Source of the DNA: Pristiophorus japonicus
Taxonomy: Eukaryota
Direction: 5' to 3'
DNA length: 64,000 nucleotides
NCBI RefSeq assembly: GCF_044704955.1
Contig: NC_091977.1
Coordinates: 92,070,001-92,134,000 of the forward strand
In this document: positions 61,976-64,000 of the stretch, one piece after another
Numbering within the stretch: the stretch's first letter is position 1
How the letters are laid out: every line of letters starts with the position of its first letter
Notes under the pieces: generated by a model
Seen by the model: only the letters and a program-made list of their open reading frames with translations
What the model was told of the DNA's origin: nothing
Databases searched by the model: none
Program-made: the position numbers and the translations under genes

Positions 61976-63170
61976 GTTGTGAAGACAGACACAAAATATT
62001 TTTTTAACGTCTCCGCCATTTCCTTTTTCCCCATTATAATATCTCCTGTGTCGGCCTCTAAGGAACCCATGATTACTTTTGCTAATCTCTTTCTTTTTAC
62101 ATACTTCCAAAAGCTTCTGCAATCTGTTTTTTGATTTCTTGCAGATTTACTCTCATATTCTATTTTTTCCCTCCTTATCAATTTCTTGGTCATCATTTGC
62201 TGATTTTTAAACCCCTCCCAATCCTCAGGCTTACTACTCTTTTTGGCAACATTGTGAACTGCTTTTAATCTCATACAATCCTTAACATCTCTGGTTTGTC
62301 ATGGTTGTACCACTTTTCCAGTCGAGTTTTTATTCCCCAAGGAAATCTATATTCCTTGAAAATTATTAATTATTTCTTTAAAAGTTTGTGATTGCTTATC
62401 TACCATCATATCCTTTAATCTAATATCCCAATCTACCTCAGTCAACTTGCCCCTCATACCTCCATAATTGTCTTTTTAATAATTTAAGACCCTAATTTTG
62501 AACATAACCACCTCACTCTCAAATTGAAAGTTATATCATATTATAATCACTCTACCCCAGAGGATCCTTCACAATAAGATTACTAATTAATCCTGCCTCA
62601 CTACACAATATTAGATCTAAAATAGCTTGTTCCCTAGTTGGTTCCTCGACATATTGGTCTAGAAAACTGTCTCATATGAAGATTAAAATCCCCTTTTTTA
62701 ATTACCCTTGTTACATGCTCCTCTAATTTCCTGGTTTATACTCTGTCCAACACAATGGTTACTGTCATGGGCCCTATTAACGACTCTGACCAGTGTTTTG
62801 TGCCCTTAATTACTTCTTAGCTACATCCATACTGATTCTAAGCCTGACATTCTGAGCTGAGGTACTTTCTCACTATAGCCTTTATCCCATCCTTTATTAT
62901 CAGGGCTACCCAGCTTCCTTTCCCATTTTGCCTATCTTTTCTAAAAGTCCAGTACCCTGGAATATTTAGTTCCCAACCTTGGTCAACCTGCAACCACATC
63001 TCAGTAATGGCTACTCAATCAAACCCATTTATCTCTATTTGTGCCATTAATTAATCTATCTTGTTATGAATGCTTTGTGCATTCAGATATAGTACCTTTA
63101 CTTTTAACTTTTTACTATTTTCCCAAGATGTGGCCTTAATAACTAATGCCCTATTACCATTGTTAAACTC
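61976..63170 (-). mobile_element. CR1 endonuclease/linker fragment
   Basis: VLYLNAQSIHNKID; KKSSKPEDWEGFK..KIEYESK. Confidence 0.85.
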
Positions 63171-63173
63171 TTT

Positions 63174-63700
63174 GGGTGGACATTCGGTCTGTTGCCACCT
63201 CTGTTTGCGCCCCGGAGCGGGTGGTAATGGCGGCGGAAATCGTTTCCGGGTGGGCAACCAGCTTCCAGCACCCCGTCGGGACATTCGGTGTCGGTTTTGC
63301 AGGGGCGCAGAGCAGTACCGTCCGAAAGAGGCGGTCCCACTAGAGTCCCGCAACGCGTCCCAGTGGGACTCCCTGGGAAAGCTGTACCGATGGCAGTGAG
63401 GGAAGGAATTTCTACCTGAGGTAAGTGTACTTGTGTTTTATTTTTTTATTTTTGCGATTTATGTTTATGTAAGGTATTGGGAATGTTTTTGGTGTTCTTT
63501 TGTTTTTTCCCAGGGAAGCCTCTCTTAGGGCGCTTCGAGGCTGGCTCTTTAGCTCGGAATTTTTAGTTGCTCAGCTGACATAGCATCCTAAAAGAGGTAG
63601 TGCTTTGCTGCACACTCAGGGCCCAGCTGATGAATTTTGTGGCTGCAGACGCAAACCATTTACGGGCGTAAAATTTACCGCCCTGCCGCCATTAGCGCCT
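63174..63700. mobile_element. GC-rich Harbinger-like MITE, right end lost
   Basis: GGGTGGACATTC start, CpG-rich arm, GAG|GTAAGT at 63421, T-rich tract, TTACCGCC motif. Confidence 0.5.
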
Positions 63701-64000
63701 CAAAGCGCAAGGCATCCTTGAATTGGAAACAGCAACACAACTCAAGAGCAAGAAAGCAGCTCTATAGATGTCTGAAGGCCGAGGTCCAACATAAAACTCG
63801 CAACCCAAAGAATAGATGGTGGGTGGAGAAATCGCAGGAGATCCAGCAACTAGCGGACAACCATGATGTGCGAGGATTCTTTAGCGGAGTCAAGACCACC
63901 TACGGCCCAAGCATCCAATGTCCTACCCACTGAGGGCCAAGAACAGAGAGGTACTCATCAAGGACAGAAAGGCAGTCAGTGCCCACTGGAAGGAGCACTT
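63701..64000 (+). mobile_element. RTE fragment running off the window
   Basis: KRKASLNWK..LKAEVQHKTR..NRWWVEKSQEIQQLAD.HD.RGFFSGVKTTYGP. Confidence 0.8.

Overview
Eukaryotic, transposon-dominated window, most consistent with a cartilaginous fish (shark) genome. The inference rests on abundant CR1-type LINEs with (TTCTATGT)n tails, RTE LINEs with (GAT)n tails, Deu-type SINEs and PIF/Harbinger elements. No intact host protein-coding gene, CRISPR array, rRNA or tRNA gene was recognised. Most of the sequence is nested mobile elements: (i) many CR1 copies, including one near full-length copy with ORF1 and 5' TATA-containing monomers; (ii) RTE copies, with two 5'-inversion (twin-priming-like) insertions, one of which also carries L2-derived flanking DNA; (iii) a PIF/Harbinger set comprising one complete two-gene element (spliced Myb/SANT gene plus convergent DDE transposase), a Myb-only element, two further Myb remnants and several MITEs with GC-rich ends and splice donors; (iv) an RT-deleted, probably chimeric Gypsy element and a solo LTR; (v) a full-length RPL18A processed pseudogene with no poly(A) tail; (vi) a 21-bp minisatellite and a G-rich polypurine tract. 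All calls were made by eye. Boundaries of old fragments are approximate (tens of bp); TIR, TSD and splice coordinates were counted directly.
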